DNA of 64,000 bases from Octopus sinensis (Eukaryota): contig NC_043006.1 of assembly GCF_006345805.1 (NCBI RefSeq), positions 27,714,001-27,778,000 of the forward strand, read 5' to 3'. Made by a program: the position numbers and the translations under genes. Below, piece after piece: positions 39,646 through 52,841 of the stretch; the first letter of the stretch is position 1, and every line of letters starts with the position of its first letter. Under the pieces are notes generated by a model. The model was not told where the DNA came from. It ran no database searches and saw nothing but the letters and a program-made list of their open reading frames with translations.

Positions 39646-41379
39646 ATCATTCAAACACAAAAATAACTTCTTGGATTTGGGTGGTTTAGCAGTGTCTTAG
39701 TATAGATATATATAACTGAAAGGCTGGGCTCAATAAAATAGAAAGCAACTAAATAAACAAATGGTTATCTTCAAAGATTCGCCAATGAGTATTGGTGAAC
39801 CAGCTACTCGTCGAATTATAGTCTTAAGTTCCTGAGTATTCTATAGACCTTGTACTCTTCACATAATACTCTTATAGAATCAGCATAGACATAGCTGGCT
39901 CTTTGAATTACAGGTACAAGAGAGTGTTCATCAACCTAATTCCATTCACAATGCTTGGTTGAATACAATACTACAGCAAAGAACACTTTGTCAAAGTGTT
40001 GTGCAATGGGGTCAAACCCAAAATCTCATGATTAGAAACAAACTCCTTAATCTGGCAAGAGACAATAGATCTAATTTAAGTAATAACATCATTGGCAAGG
40101 ACTCATTTCCAAGTATTTAGTACATTTCAGTAAGGGAAGTGGAGGGTAGCATTTATGCTATAGGGGATGATGGGGTTTCCGATGGCTAACAAGCCCAATT
40201 CTTGCTCTAAACAGCCTATTGCAAAAATCACATTGGTTGGGGTTGGATTGTCTGTCTTCTCTGTGTTGTCATTTCATTCCGATATTCATGGATATGACGG
40301 CAAACTGCATCCAGCAACAAGGCTTCTGATCAGGTGACTAGATATTCTGAGGAGTGTGGGATCACCTCTTAATTGCTGTTGTTCCTAGGTTCACTTGACC
40401 AGGAGTGATAGCACCTATTAGGGTCCCAGCTATGGGCAAACAGTAAACCCATCAGATGAATGTCACTTATCAACAGCCAACACCTACAATAGGCTTGGCT
40501 AGGAAAAGAAAAACTCTGACCTAAGCAATATATACAAGTAAAATTAAATGTCATATATGCAAAGTACAGGATATGGCTGAGTGGTTAAGAACAACAAGTA
40601 TTTATAGGTATTCAGAGTTACCAATTCATCAATTACACACTTAAAGCATTTTGGGTAGTGTTTATAATAACAGGAATTAATTGGATAAAAATAGACTAAC
40701 AGAAAAATATATAAACATAAAGGTGAGTCAAATAAAACTTTAAAATTGATTGAATAGTGAAAATTTGCAGGTATAAAAAATATGCAAAATAAAAAAGAAC
40801 TAATCAGAATTAAGATGTAAGTGATTAAAATTAAATTTAAATGGAAATAAAAATCAAAAAATTAAAATTAAGGCAAATAAGTATCAGGAAAGATAAGTTA
40901 ATATAAGACCAAATAAATTAATTTTAAATAATCTTATTATAAGGGAATTAAAAAGAAAGAAGATAAGGCTAAAGAAAACAGGAAAATACAAGTAAAAAAA
41001 GCATGGCTAGAGACTAAGATTAATATCTTAATCACACAGGTGTAATAAAAAAAAACATCAGTCAGAAACAATACAGGCTAGGGTCAGTCTCAAATAATAT
41101 TTGGGTACAGCAAAAGTGTATAACTACATACAAACACACACATATATACATTATATGTAGACACCCATACACAAGTACATGCAAATACACACATACTAAC
41201 ATACACATTTATTTTCATACATGTACATACAGAGAGTATTAATGATGAGATAAACCAAAAATAAAGCAAGTTACTCAGATAAATAATTATAAAAATGTAA
41301 TAAGAAACGAACAATTGTGATTAATGCACAATTAACATATATCTTGAAAAATGAATAGAGGAGGGGAAACATACATAAT

Positions 41380-41540
41380 CATCATCAGCTTTTAATGCCC
41401 ATTGTCCATGCCAGCTTGGGTTGGACAATTTGACCAGGGCCGATAAGCTGAGGGGCTGCACAAGGCCCCAGTCTAATTTGGCATGGTTTCTACAGTTGGA
41501 TGTTCTTCGTGATGCCAACCACTCCAAGAGTGTAATGGGT
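41380..41540 (-). mobile_element. Older RTE 3'-end copy
   Basis: Diverged version of the same motif (CATCATC...GGATGTTCTTCGTGATGCCAACCACTCC..GAGTGTA). Similar old copies lie near 11760-11970 and 45330-45460. Confidence 0.7.
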
Positions 41541-41548
41541 GTAATATT

Positions 41549-41596
<48 letters not shown>

Positions 41597-41748
41597 TATA
41601 ATTATAGAATAATATAGAACAAATTCGACATCTAGAAATATAAGATTATGGGAAAGTAAAAGAAAAGGGTAAAAGAATCCAACAAATACCAAGTTATATT
41701 AAATTAATGAATTAAATAGATTGATAATAATTGGCAAAGCTTTATATA

Positions 41749-42661
41749 TGAAGTGGTATCAAAAAGTTCCCAGACTAGTAATATTTAATAAAAAATAACT
41801 TATATACGTAAGTTTTATCATCATCATCTTCAAAATATTCACCCTGTGCAGCAATACACCAGTCCCAGTGTTCCTGCCACTTTTAGAATCCAGCCTGAAA
41901 GTTGTTTTCCGTAAGCAGGTCAAGGACCTTATATGATTTGCTCTTGATCTCAACAATGGTGTTAAAAGAATGACCTTCGAGCTATATTTTCATCTTGGTG
42001 AAGAGATGGAAGTTCACAGGTGCTAAATCTGGCAAAGAGGGCAAGTGCGGAAGTGATACCATGTGGTTTTTGGCAAGAAACTCACAAGTGAGGAGAGCTC
42101 AGTGACCAAGTACTTCGTCATCATAAAGAATCCAATTCTTTGCATTCTACAGATCCAATTGCTCTCACTGAATATCCTCCCTCAAACAATTCAAAATGTT
42201 ATTGATTGCCCTCCAACTGTCTTCATGCACAAACTGATGAATTTTCTCCACATTTCCAAGGATGGCATTCAAGGCAGGTCTTCTTAATCACTCATCATCT
42301 TCCAGAGATGTTCTGCTTTTGAAGTGCATGTGCCACTTGAAACATTTTGTACAAACCATTGCCTCATTGTCGTAAGCTTGCCATAGCATGTTCAATGTCT
42401 CTGTAGCAGACTTCCCAAGTTTAACGTAAAATTTCACGTTGGCTCTTTGTTCCAACTTCTTATTCATGACAAAAATCACAGACTACACCATACACATGAT
42501 CATAAAAACACAAATTTCACAACTTGCAAAGTAAACACAGCAATGCCACTCAGCACACTGCCTCATGAATGTCACTACTAGCTCTCACTGTGCACGCAGT
42601 CATGTGCTGCCGTCTGTTGGCACACTACATAACTAGTCTGAAATTTTTTGATGCCACCTCT
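41749..42661 (-). mobile_element. Internally deleted mariner transposon
   Basis: About 31-bp TIRs (TGAAGTGGTATCAAAAAGTTCCCAGACTAGT and its counterpart) flanked by TA on both sides. HTH segment EQRANVKFYVKLGKSATETLNML.QAY. Confidence 0.88.
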
Positions 42662-43099
42662 TAAGCTGTAAACCTAGCCATTTGGTGGAAATGGTCTAGA
42701 AATATAGAATTTCAAATAATGTCTACAAATACTCAAAAGCTCAGATTTTTAGTTCAATGCAGATTTATCTTGTAAGTACTTTTCACTCAAGCACAACAGA
42801 CATCACATAGAATTTGAGAACATGATCCATGCTTGTATAGGCTAATGGTCTCCAATACAGACCATGGTATCTCGAAGGGGGATAAACCAATAACTTGTTG
42901 ATGACTTGTTCTCTGGGTATTTGAAAAAATTGTGTAAATAAAGTTTCGTTTAGAAGCTGTTTTCTGTATTTCCAGTGTAAGTTTTGTATATATGGGTATT
43001 ATCAACCTCTACCTTAGCCTTATATACAATTCTCTTTAATCAGGAAATTCCCATTTAAAGGGCAGCATCTAGGGCCTTTGTAATTACATTTAGGTCTTC

Positions 43100-43400
43100 T
43101 ATCATATGGGAAACATTGTGAAAAGGTTGGGAACCACCGATTTAGTGCATCATTGTATTATAAGAATGCACTATTAAAAGTTGCCTCATCCAATAACAAG
43201 GAGAAAACTTGCCTAACTATATTACAAACCATGTTCTTAAAACTACAGGGCAAGTGATTGGAACCCTTATTAATACAGAATAGCATTTCATTAGGCTTAT
43301 GATAAGGCTTAAAGGTGTTAGAGTGCAAATTTAAATTGATATCTAAGAAGTAAACATTGCTATGGTTCATGTCAACTAAAGGAATATAATAAGATTCAAC
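43100..43400 (-). mobile_element. Penelope-like RT fragment
   Basis: VYFLDINLNL...FKPYHKPN......NKGSNH.P motif. Confidence 0.75.
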
Positions 43401-46400
43401 CTAAGGTCATTAAACACAAGTCTACTGCAGGTGACAATAAGGCCATTATTCCTGTATAAACCTAGATATACTACAGATTAAGTTATAAGAATCATACAAA
43501 ACTTTCCATGGACAATTGGTCTTAAGCCCCGCTGTTATGACCTAGAGGACTATAATAGTCATAAAAAGACTGAGAATTGAGTACTTACAGACCCTGGTTT
43601 GCAAACTAACTTCATCATCAAATTCACTTAATTCCCACTTTATTGACTGCACCTTTGTACATGGTTTGTACAGCCATCACAAGCCATTCACCTACATTAA
43701 GTTCTCTTAGCAACTACTAGATTACAGACTGTGGAACTCCATCAAATACCTTTTCAATGTCAAGGAATACTAGATATAGTGACTTATTTCTTAATCAGTA
43801 CCCCTGCAGTTTTCTCATAAGAAAAATGTCATCAGTGGCATCTTTCCTAAGACAAAGACATCCTGCATCTTATAGAGGTTAATTTTCAATAACTTTCATT
43901 ACTTGCTGCATCAATTTCACTCCTCTGCAGTTGTTGCTCCTCCCTAAAGCATCTCCTTTGCTCATGTAGCAATAAAGAATACTGCAACACGAGACAGAAA
44001 ACAATTTTGTTTTCTCTCTCTCTCTCATATCGTCATACATCAATGATGATAACAAAGTTAATAAATGCTTTAATACACCTAGACCAGTAATTTATAACAC
44101 TGAAACTTGAACAGTTGTAAACACAACAGCTGCAAACCCCTAGAACTTATTGTAAAGGACACTACAAAAGTTACAGCTGGCAGAATAGATAAGATATTAA
44201 GCTACCAATTGCGATGTTAACAATTCAAAACTTATCTCTGTTATTATACCTTGTTCATTTAGCTCTAAATCTGCACTCCAGGATAGTGCCATTTCCAACT
44301 CTCGCAGACTCACTGTATAGCTAATGAGATTTGATTGAGTTGAACTGATATTGTTTCAAGGGCTTTGAAAAGCAAGAATGACTACTGCCAGTTATTGCTT
44401 AGCCTGCATGTCAGCTTTGATTGAGCAACTTAATAATCAATGACATTCCAACCATGACCGCCTACTTTATATTCAGATACACTATCTAAGATTACAAGCT
44501 TCATAATGGTGGTACTACAAAACATAGAGGCTCTGTCTTATTGGCTCATGTTATAATAGTGGCATTACTACAAAACACAAGCAGATTTTTTCTGCCAGCC
44601 ACACTAGTTGTTGTTTAGTCTTTGGATAGAACTGTAATCAAAGACATTCCTAGCATGACTATTCTACCCTTCTTCTCTTGGGCATCAAATGTACTACACA
44701 ACAGAGATAACTGCATTGATATGGACAGGTAATACACACAGATAAAGGCAGTTGGATAAAGAAGTTCCAGAAGATCCATGTAAAAGGAAACAGTGGAAAG
44801 ATATAGACAGAAATGGTGAAAGCTGATTTCATGATGCTGAACCTCATAAAGGAATGCAACAAGTGGCAGGGTGTTATGTTGGAGAGAACCTATCAATAAA
44901 ATGCACACAAGGAAACATGGAGGTAAAAATGATGATCGTGATGAGTGTAATTTGAGGGAGATTTTGCTCCTATTTCTAGTAAGCCAGGTAGATGATCCTA
45001 TCTGCCCCAGGTCATGACAAGTACTTATTTTATAAACACTGAGAGTTGAACACTTTTCAGAATCAAGTTATATAGTACTATCATGGATGTATGGTTGAGA
45101 AGTTTGAGGCCAAACCATGTAATCTCAGGTTCAGTCCCACTACTTGACTGAATTTGGTAGGCAGAAACTGGAAAAAGCCCATCTTTATAAAGATGCATAT
45201 GTGTATATAAGGAGTGTGTAAACTTTTGTTTTGACATTTAACATAATGTGATGATTATAAACAGTATCACTGTCATACATGTTATTCATTTTCAGTCTTC
45301 TGTCAAAAATGTCTGATCACAGAGAAATATTACCTTACTTGAAAAACAGATATTGATTGGCAACAGGAAAGGCATCTGGCTATAGAAAAGCTGCCTCATT
45401 AAATTCCATCTGACCCATGCAAGCATTGAAAAGTGGATGTTAAATGACAATGATAATGACTGCTCTATAAAGAACATTGCCATAATCTTCAAGCAAGTAC
45501 TACACAAGGATATTGAGCAAGTGAAAAATGAGTGAAACAAATGCATTAGAAGGCTCTCCTTTTTGATTCTGAATTGGCAGGAACATCCACAGAATTTTAG
45601 ATCAAGACCAGAAATTTTCTCACTAAAGTTAAAGATTTGGCACCCTGCCCTCCAACCCTTTTTATATATAAACACGGCAAGGTTAGAATGTTTGAGCCTC
45701 AAATAAAACATTTTTATTCACATCCTGATGATGATGATGTTGGTGGTGGTGGTGGTGGTGTGTGTGTACTGCTGGTGTGTGTGAGATGATGGTGATTCCA
45801 TTCCATTAAGCTCTCCACTCTGCATACACATAAGCCAGTTGCAGAAATACTTCCTGTTGCTTCAAATAAACAAAGCCACTGACCTTGATGATGTATTTTC
45901 CCTTATGCTCAAGCATTATGTCCTCAAAACTTGCTCCTACAGTTACCAAATTCTTTAACTTTTAATTCAATCCAGAGATATACTGTCATTTGGAAGCATG
46001 CTTCACTATGTCACATTCCAAGGAAAGAAAACTCCTCTGACCCAACCATCATTTTATTGCTCTCACCTCTAACATATCTCTTCCATTTGATGGCATCATA
46101 TTCTCCATGCCTCGATTTTTCTCACTTCCTTCAGTGACTGTCAATCATGATGTTTAGAGGGGTTGTAGTGCAGTGGAATTTCCTTGATATAAGCAGTACT
46201 TGAATGTTTTTGCTGTTAACTTAACTGAAACAAGGTTAGAATGGCCTCACTGATAAAGTCTCTCAAGATCTCTGTTTATGGAATAGGTACAGGTTTGGCA
46301 TGTGGTATCTGAGTTAGAGGATGTATAGCTAGGCAAAACTGAAGAGTGAAAGCTTGTGTCATCTGTATAATAATGGGAGTTGTTGGATGTGGTAGCAAAT

Positions 46401-47305
46401 AGGTCATTGATGTATAGAAGGAAGAGAGTTGCGCAAATCTTGAACTCTGAGGAACACCAGAGATGATTGAAAAATAGTCTGGCTCATGCAAGCATGGAAA
46501 AGTGGATGTTAAAATAATGCTGATGATGATGATATTCAATTTGAGAAATAAAATACCAACAAAGATATCAAGATTTATTAGCTAAATATTAAGACATGCA
46601 CCTATTTTTGTTTAGCTTTTGGTTAGCCCTGATCAAGCAAACCTATAATCAAAAGCATTCCAGTAGTGACCGACCTAACCTGTCATTTTCCTATGAGTGA
46701 GTAAACCAAGATTGCATAATCTAAGGTGTCCTTTTATAAAGCAGTAGGATGTGAGTTGAAGAAGATTAGGCTGCTATTTCTAGCAGTTCGAGTGATGACA
46801 TAGAGACTCCTCTATTGGTTCGACATGCTCTAATTATTTCAGTTGTGATAGGTGACATTGTAATTCTGGATGGCAATTGCTTAGTAGTTCACAACTAAAA
46901 ACAAAATATTGTTTAAATATAAACTGAATAATCCGCCCAGATGTAACACATGAGAGAATATTAATCGTTTTTTCTTTCTTTGTTTTTCTCTTTCCACTTT
47001 ATTTTTTTTTTCTCTCTTCGATCATGCTTGTATTTTTCTTCAGTTTTGGATTTGGATTTTAGTGTGGTTTTGTATTATATATGCATCATATACATATTAC
47101 GTTATATATGTAATTATTAGATTATCTAAATTTTCAATACACATAAATTAATCATACTGCTCATTCAATTTCTGATAATATAATTACAAATGTTTCATTG
47201 CATAAACGAATGCACTGATACAGAACATAATCTGAAAGTGACGACAGCACATGCACTTTTTAAATTGAATAGACAAGCATTATATAGGCTACAATGGATG
47301 TATAT

Positions 47306-47336
<31 letters not shown>

Positions 47337-48008
47337 AAACGTTTTTTTTTTAGAAAAACATAAATCTGCAGAAGAAGCATACTCTAAGAGGTAGAGCAGT
47401 CTATATTAATTACTGGTGAAGGCCGGTTCATAGGGTCAGCCTTCACAAGTAATTAATATATATATATATATATATTATTGTACATATAGGCATGCATCAC
47501 TTCAAAAAGATAAAGCCATGTTGAAAAGAAATGTCAAGTTGTTAAATCATCATTTTTACATAGAAGTCATTTTGATTTCCACAGCTGATAAGGGAACTCT
47601 CATCTTAATAATTTATTCAGTAACTACAGTTGATCATCTGAACTTAATACAAAATCAATTCTCAATTAAAAAACTACAGCATTATTAGTCAAAGATAGAC
47701 TGGAAAACAGAGAAAGTTACACAAATACAAATAACAGGACACGACAACAGGTGTCTTTCCACTAAGGACACATTAAATTAAGCTGGTGTGTGTGGAAGTA
47801 AAGCCTTACGGCAGGGATACAAGATTTCACAGGCACAGGAAAGAATACAGATGTTGCATGGACAGCGGCTGATCCAAGAAAGAAAAGTTAGGCTTCACCA
47901 AACATCAGTCACATGGGAACAGAAGAGAGAGCAGTAGAGGTAAAAGAAATGAGGGGCGAGAAAAACTGACACACCTGTCTGAATGTTTTGCATACTTGTC
48001 CCATTTTG

Positions 48009-48063
<55 letters not shown>

Positions 48064-48334
48064 ACATCTGATGGTCTAGGCGGTCATGTGATCACCTGAT
48101 ATATATATATATATATATATATATCACTACCAATTCTGCTGACTCACTGCCTTCTAATAAACGTTAGCACGCCGGGCAAAATGTTTAGCGGCATTTCTTA
48201 ACGTTCCGAATTCTATATATATCAGGTGATATATATATATACCAGGTGATATATATATATATATATCAGGTGATATATATATCAGGTGATATATATATAT
48301 ATATATATATCAGGTGATATATATATATATATCA

Positions 48335-48643
48335 GGTGATCACATGACCGACCAGACCATCAGATGTTACAACATCGCTGGTCACAAGATGTTCGCATTG
48401 TTTTAGCCTTCGAATGACTTGAATGATGCCACTCCACTGGCTAAGTGAGCAGGCCAACAGAAGAAAGAATGGGAGAAAGTGTGGTGAAAGAGTACAGCAG
48501 GGATCACCACCACCTGCCAGAGCCTCCTGGAGCTTTTTAGGTGTTTTCGCTCAATAAACACTCACAACGTCCCATCTGGGAATCGAAATCGCGATCCTAT
48601 GACCGCGAGGCCACTGCCCTAACCACTGGGCCATTGCGCCTCC
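48335..48643 (-). mobile_element. Second tRNA-derived SINE family
   Basis: Head GGAGGCGCAATGGCCCAGTGGTTAGGGCAG...GATTTCGATTCCCAG (A and B boxes). 3' end ...AACATCTGATGGTCTGGTCGGTCATGTGATCACCTGAT(AT)n. Confidence 0.85.
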
Positions 48644-48664
48644 ACACACATATATATATTATCA

Positions 48665-48990
48665 TCATCATCATCATCATCGTTTAGCGTCCGTTTTCCA
48701 TGCTAGCATGGGTTGGACGGTTCAACTGGGGTCTGTGAAGCCAGAAGGCTTCATCAGGCCCTCAGTCAGATCTGGCAGTGTTTCTACGGCTGGATGCCCT
48801 TCCTAACGCCAACCACTCCGTGAGTGTAGTGGGTGCTTTTTACGTGCCACCCACACAGGTGCCAGACAGAGCTGGCAAATGGCCACGAACGGATGGTGCT
48901 TTTTATGTGCCACTGGCACGGGGGCCAGGCGAGGCTGGCAACGGACACGAACGGATAGTGCTTTTTACGTGCCACCGGCACGAGGCCATA
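48665..48990 (-). mobile_element. RTE 3'-end copy
   Basis: Reverse complement of the same 3'UTR, with (CAT)n at the left end. Confidence 0.88.
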
Positions 48991-49192
48991 TATATTATAT
49001 ATTATATATACATATATTATATATACATACATATTATATACATACATATTATATACATACATATTATATACATACATATTATATACATACATATTATATA
49101 CATATATATTATATACATATATACAAATATATTATATATACATATATATTATATATACATATATATTATATACATATATGTATATATATATT

Positions 49193-49430
49193 AACGTCCG
49201 CTTTCCATGCTAGCATGGGTTGGACGATTTTGACTGAGGGCTGGCAAACCAGATGGATGCACCAAGCTCCAATCTTGATCTGGCAGAGTTTCTACAGCTA
49301 GATACCCTTCCTAATGCCAACCATTCCGAGAGTGTAGTGGGTGCTTTTTACATGCCACTGGCACGGGGGCCAGGCAGATGGTACTGGCAATGACCTCGCT
49401 CGAATCTTTTTACACATGCCACTGGCACAT
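49193..49430 (-). mobile_element. RTE 3'-end copy (related subfamily)
   Basis: CGTCCGCTTTCCATGCTAGCATGGG...CCTTCCTAATGCCAACC...AGTGTAGTGGGTGC. Confidence 0.8.
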
Positions 49431-49693
49431 ATTATATATATATAATATATATTATATATAGATTACATATATGTATGTATATAATATATATATGTGTATA
49501 AAAACATGATGCGAAGGATTCAGCGGTACATATGTTTCGGGCCTTTATTAGACTCCACCACCTACACCACCAAACGGTATACACAGGTGCTTATAATTAT
49601 CAAGTACTCACCCCGAATTTCTATATATGTGTATATATATATATAAATATACACATAATATATATACATACCATATATATATCTGGATATAAT

Positions 49694-49735
<42 letters not shown>

Positions 49736-49889
49736 TAGATATAGAATAAAACTTATATATAAAGAACGTGAAATTCACGAATTGACAAACACGGAAAAAT
49801 GGACAGTAATTCAGAGCCTTCATTCTTCAGTCAGAACCGATTCATCATGGCAAATTTCGGCTGTTTAATAATATATATAATCTGGATAT

Positions 49890-49965
<76 letters not shown>

Positions 49966-50489
49966 TATACATACATATATGTAATCTATATATAATATGT
50001 GCCAGATTATATATATATAGATTATATTATATATATATTATATATAGATTATATATACTATATATAGATTATATATAGATTATATATATTATATATAGAG
50101 ATTATATATATATAATATAGATTATATATAGAGATTATATATATATATATAGATTATATATAGAGATTATATATATATAATATAGATTATATATATTATA
50201 TTAGAGATTATATATATAATATATAGATTATATATATATATATTATATAGAGATTATATAATAATATAGATTATATATAGATCATATATATATAGAGAGA
50301 GATTATATATAATATAGATTATATATAGATCATATATATATATATATTTTATATATATATATTTATTTTATATATATATTATATTATATAAATATATATT
50401 ATATTATATAAATATATTATATATATATATATATTATATATATATTATATACATATATCGAATTGAACCAGCCAGGATCCCTGGTCTGG

Positions 50490-50830
50490 TGGTACGTAAA
50501 AAGCACTATCCGACTCGTGGCGTAAAAAGCACTATCCGACTCGTGGCCGATGCCAGCTCCGCCTCATCTGGCTTCCGTGCCGGTGGCACATAAAATACAC
50601 CAATCCGACCGTGGCCGTTGCCAGCCTCGCCTGGCACCTGTGCAGGTGGCACGTAAAAAGCACCCACTACACTCACGGAGTGGTTGGCGTTAGGAAGGGC
50701 ATACAGCTGTAGAAACACTGCCAGATAAGACTGGAGCCTGGTGCAGCCTTCTGGCTTCCCAGATCCCCGGTCGAACCGTCCAACCCATGCTAGCATGGAC
50801 AACGGACGTTAAACGGTGATGATGATGATA
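50490..50830 (+). mobile_element. RTE 3'-end copy
   Basis: Same 3'UTR and (GAT)n tail. Confidence 0.88.
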
Positions 50831-50947
50831 TATATATATATATTATATACATATATATATATATATTATATACATATGTGACCTCGTGAGCACCGCCAGC
50901 AATTTTTTTCCTCTGTCTTCCCTTCTCAGGATCTTTCCTTCTCCTTT

Positions 50948-50982
50948 GTTTCCGACGAAGAGCTCCGCTCGAAACGTTAAGC
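50948..50982 (+). ncRNA. Minimal variant hammerhead-like motif
   Basis: GTTT CCGACGA A GAGC-tcc-GCTC GAAA CGTT AAGC. Stems I and II pair, and stem III is the palindrome ACGT. A decayed sibling lies at 38787-38826. Confidence 0.5.
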
Positions 50983-51077
50983 CCTCCTTCCCTTCTTTCC
51001 TGAGTGTCCAGTAATACTTTATTTGTTCCACGTCCTCGTGTTGCTGTGTTTTTTTTGTGTTTTCTTGTTTGGATTAA

Positions 51078-51149
<72 letters not shown>

Positions 51150-51248
51150 GTATATATATTATTATATGTATATATATATTATATATATCTATATATACTA
51201 TATTATAGTATATATAATATAGTATATTATAGTGTATATATATATATA

Positions 51249-51636
51249 GGAGTGATGTGTGGTAAGCTGCTTGCTTACCAACCACATAGTTCCAGGTTCA
51301 GTCCCATTACGTGCCACCTTGGGCCCATGTCTTCTACTATAGCCTCGGGCTGACCAAAGCCTTGTGAGTGGATTTGGTAGACGGAAACTGAAAGAAGCCC
51401 ATCGTTTATATGTGTGTATATATATATATATGCATGTATGTGTATCTGTTTGTCCCCAAAACATCGCTTGACAACCGATGCTGTTGTGTTTACGTCCCCG
51501 TCACTTAGCGGTCTGGCAAAAGATATCGATAGAACAAGTACTAGGCTTACAAAGAATAAGTCCTGGGGTCGATTTGCTCGACTATAGGTGGTGTTCCAGC
51601 ATGGCCACAGTCACATGACTGAAACAAGTAAAAGAG
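51249..51636 (+). mobile_element. Full-length tRNA-derived SINE
   Basis: A/B-box-like head (GTGTGGTAAG...GGTTCAGTCCC), central GTGAGTGGATTTGGTAGACGGAAACTGAAAGAAGCCC, internal microsatellite, 3' CCAGCATGGCC.CAGTC.CATGACTGAAACAAGTAAAAGA. Confidence 0.9.
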
Positions 51637-52077
51637 TATACTGTATGTATGTATGTATGTATATATATATATATATACACACATATATATACATACATAT
51701 ATATATATATATTATACATAAATTATATATATATTATACATTATACATTTTAATCTAAATGTTGCTGAACTTATATATAATATCTATTTATATTATAATA
51801 TATTTATTAGATATATCATATTTTATTCTTTTATTTGTTTCAATCATGTGACTTGCGGCCATGCTGGAGCACCGCCTTTAGACGAGCAAATCGACCCCAT
51901 TATTATATATATATATATAATATATACATTACATTATATATACATTATGGCATATATATAATGTATATATAAATATATTTACATTATATATATATTATAT
52001 ATGCTATATATATATTACATATATATGTTATATATATATATGTATATAGAGAGAGGGAGAGAGAGAGAGACGAGAGG

Positions 52078-52637
52078 TTTCTTGATAGAAAAAGAGAAAG
52101 GAGCAACAAATTATATGAATGTAGAAAACACGAAAGAGAGGAAAAGAGGAAGTGAGACCAATTGAGTGATCATAAATTGCAGGCCTATATGTAATGACAG
52201 ACAGATAGATACATACATACATTACATACATACATACATTACATGTATACATACATACATAGAGAGACAGATAGGTAGAGACAGACAGATAAGTACAGAT
52301 AGGTAGATAGATATGTATATAAATGTGTGTGAGACAGAGAGGAGGAGAAGAGACAGATAAATGAAGAAAAGAAACGGCGAGAAACAGACGGAAACGATGT
52401 TTAAATAGAGTAAATGGTTATATTAATAATGCACATTACAACAAAATGTATCTAATCGGAGCTTGCAACTCCCACGCAAAATTGAACATGAGACAGAAGA
52501 CATCATTCAAAATATCTGTCTGAATATATTTGACTTGTTAGCATTTTACTTTTTCTTCGTAAAAGCTATGACATCAAGTGCAACATATTGTTGAAACGAG
52601 AATTAAACAATCTCTATGGTGTCGTACGAAATGGTTA
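52078..52637 (+). repeat. Direct repeat, copy 1 (partner at 55939-56503)
   Basis: Near-identical non-repetitive sequence from TTTCTT.ATAGAAAAAGAG to GTCGTACGAAATGGTTA. Confidence 0.93.
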
Positions 52638-52805
52638 GAGATAGTAGCAAAATTTCTCTTCATCACACGGCTGTATTTGCTAGATACTCAATCTCCCATT
52701 AAAAAAAAAAAAAAAAGCCTTTATCTCTTGACAGTCGGTCTGCTTGATGAGGATGACCTGAAGATTTAACAACCAAGACCAGAATTAGACAAGAGCAATG
52801 CTTAC

Positions 52806-52841
52806 CTTGTAGAACCTTCACGTCAACAGTTTAACATCAAC
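52806..52841 (-). other. Candidate upstream non-coding exon (or 3' end of a longer first exon) of the V-ATPase a gene
   Basis: Consensus donor CAAG|GTAAGC at 52806/52805 and a possible TATAG acceptor at 52842-52843. It lies in CpG-retaining, non-repeat sequence just downstream of a YY1-like motif. Linking it to the V-ATPase gene (about 26 kb intron) is inference. Confidence 0.45.

Noticed and set aside
48570-48643. tRNA gene
   Set aside because: A and B boxes are present, but the sequence continues into a SINE body with no acceptor stem closure or T-run terminator. The same applies to other SINE heads.
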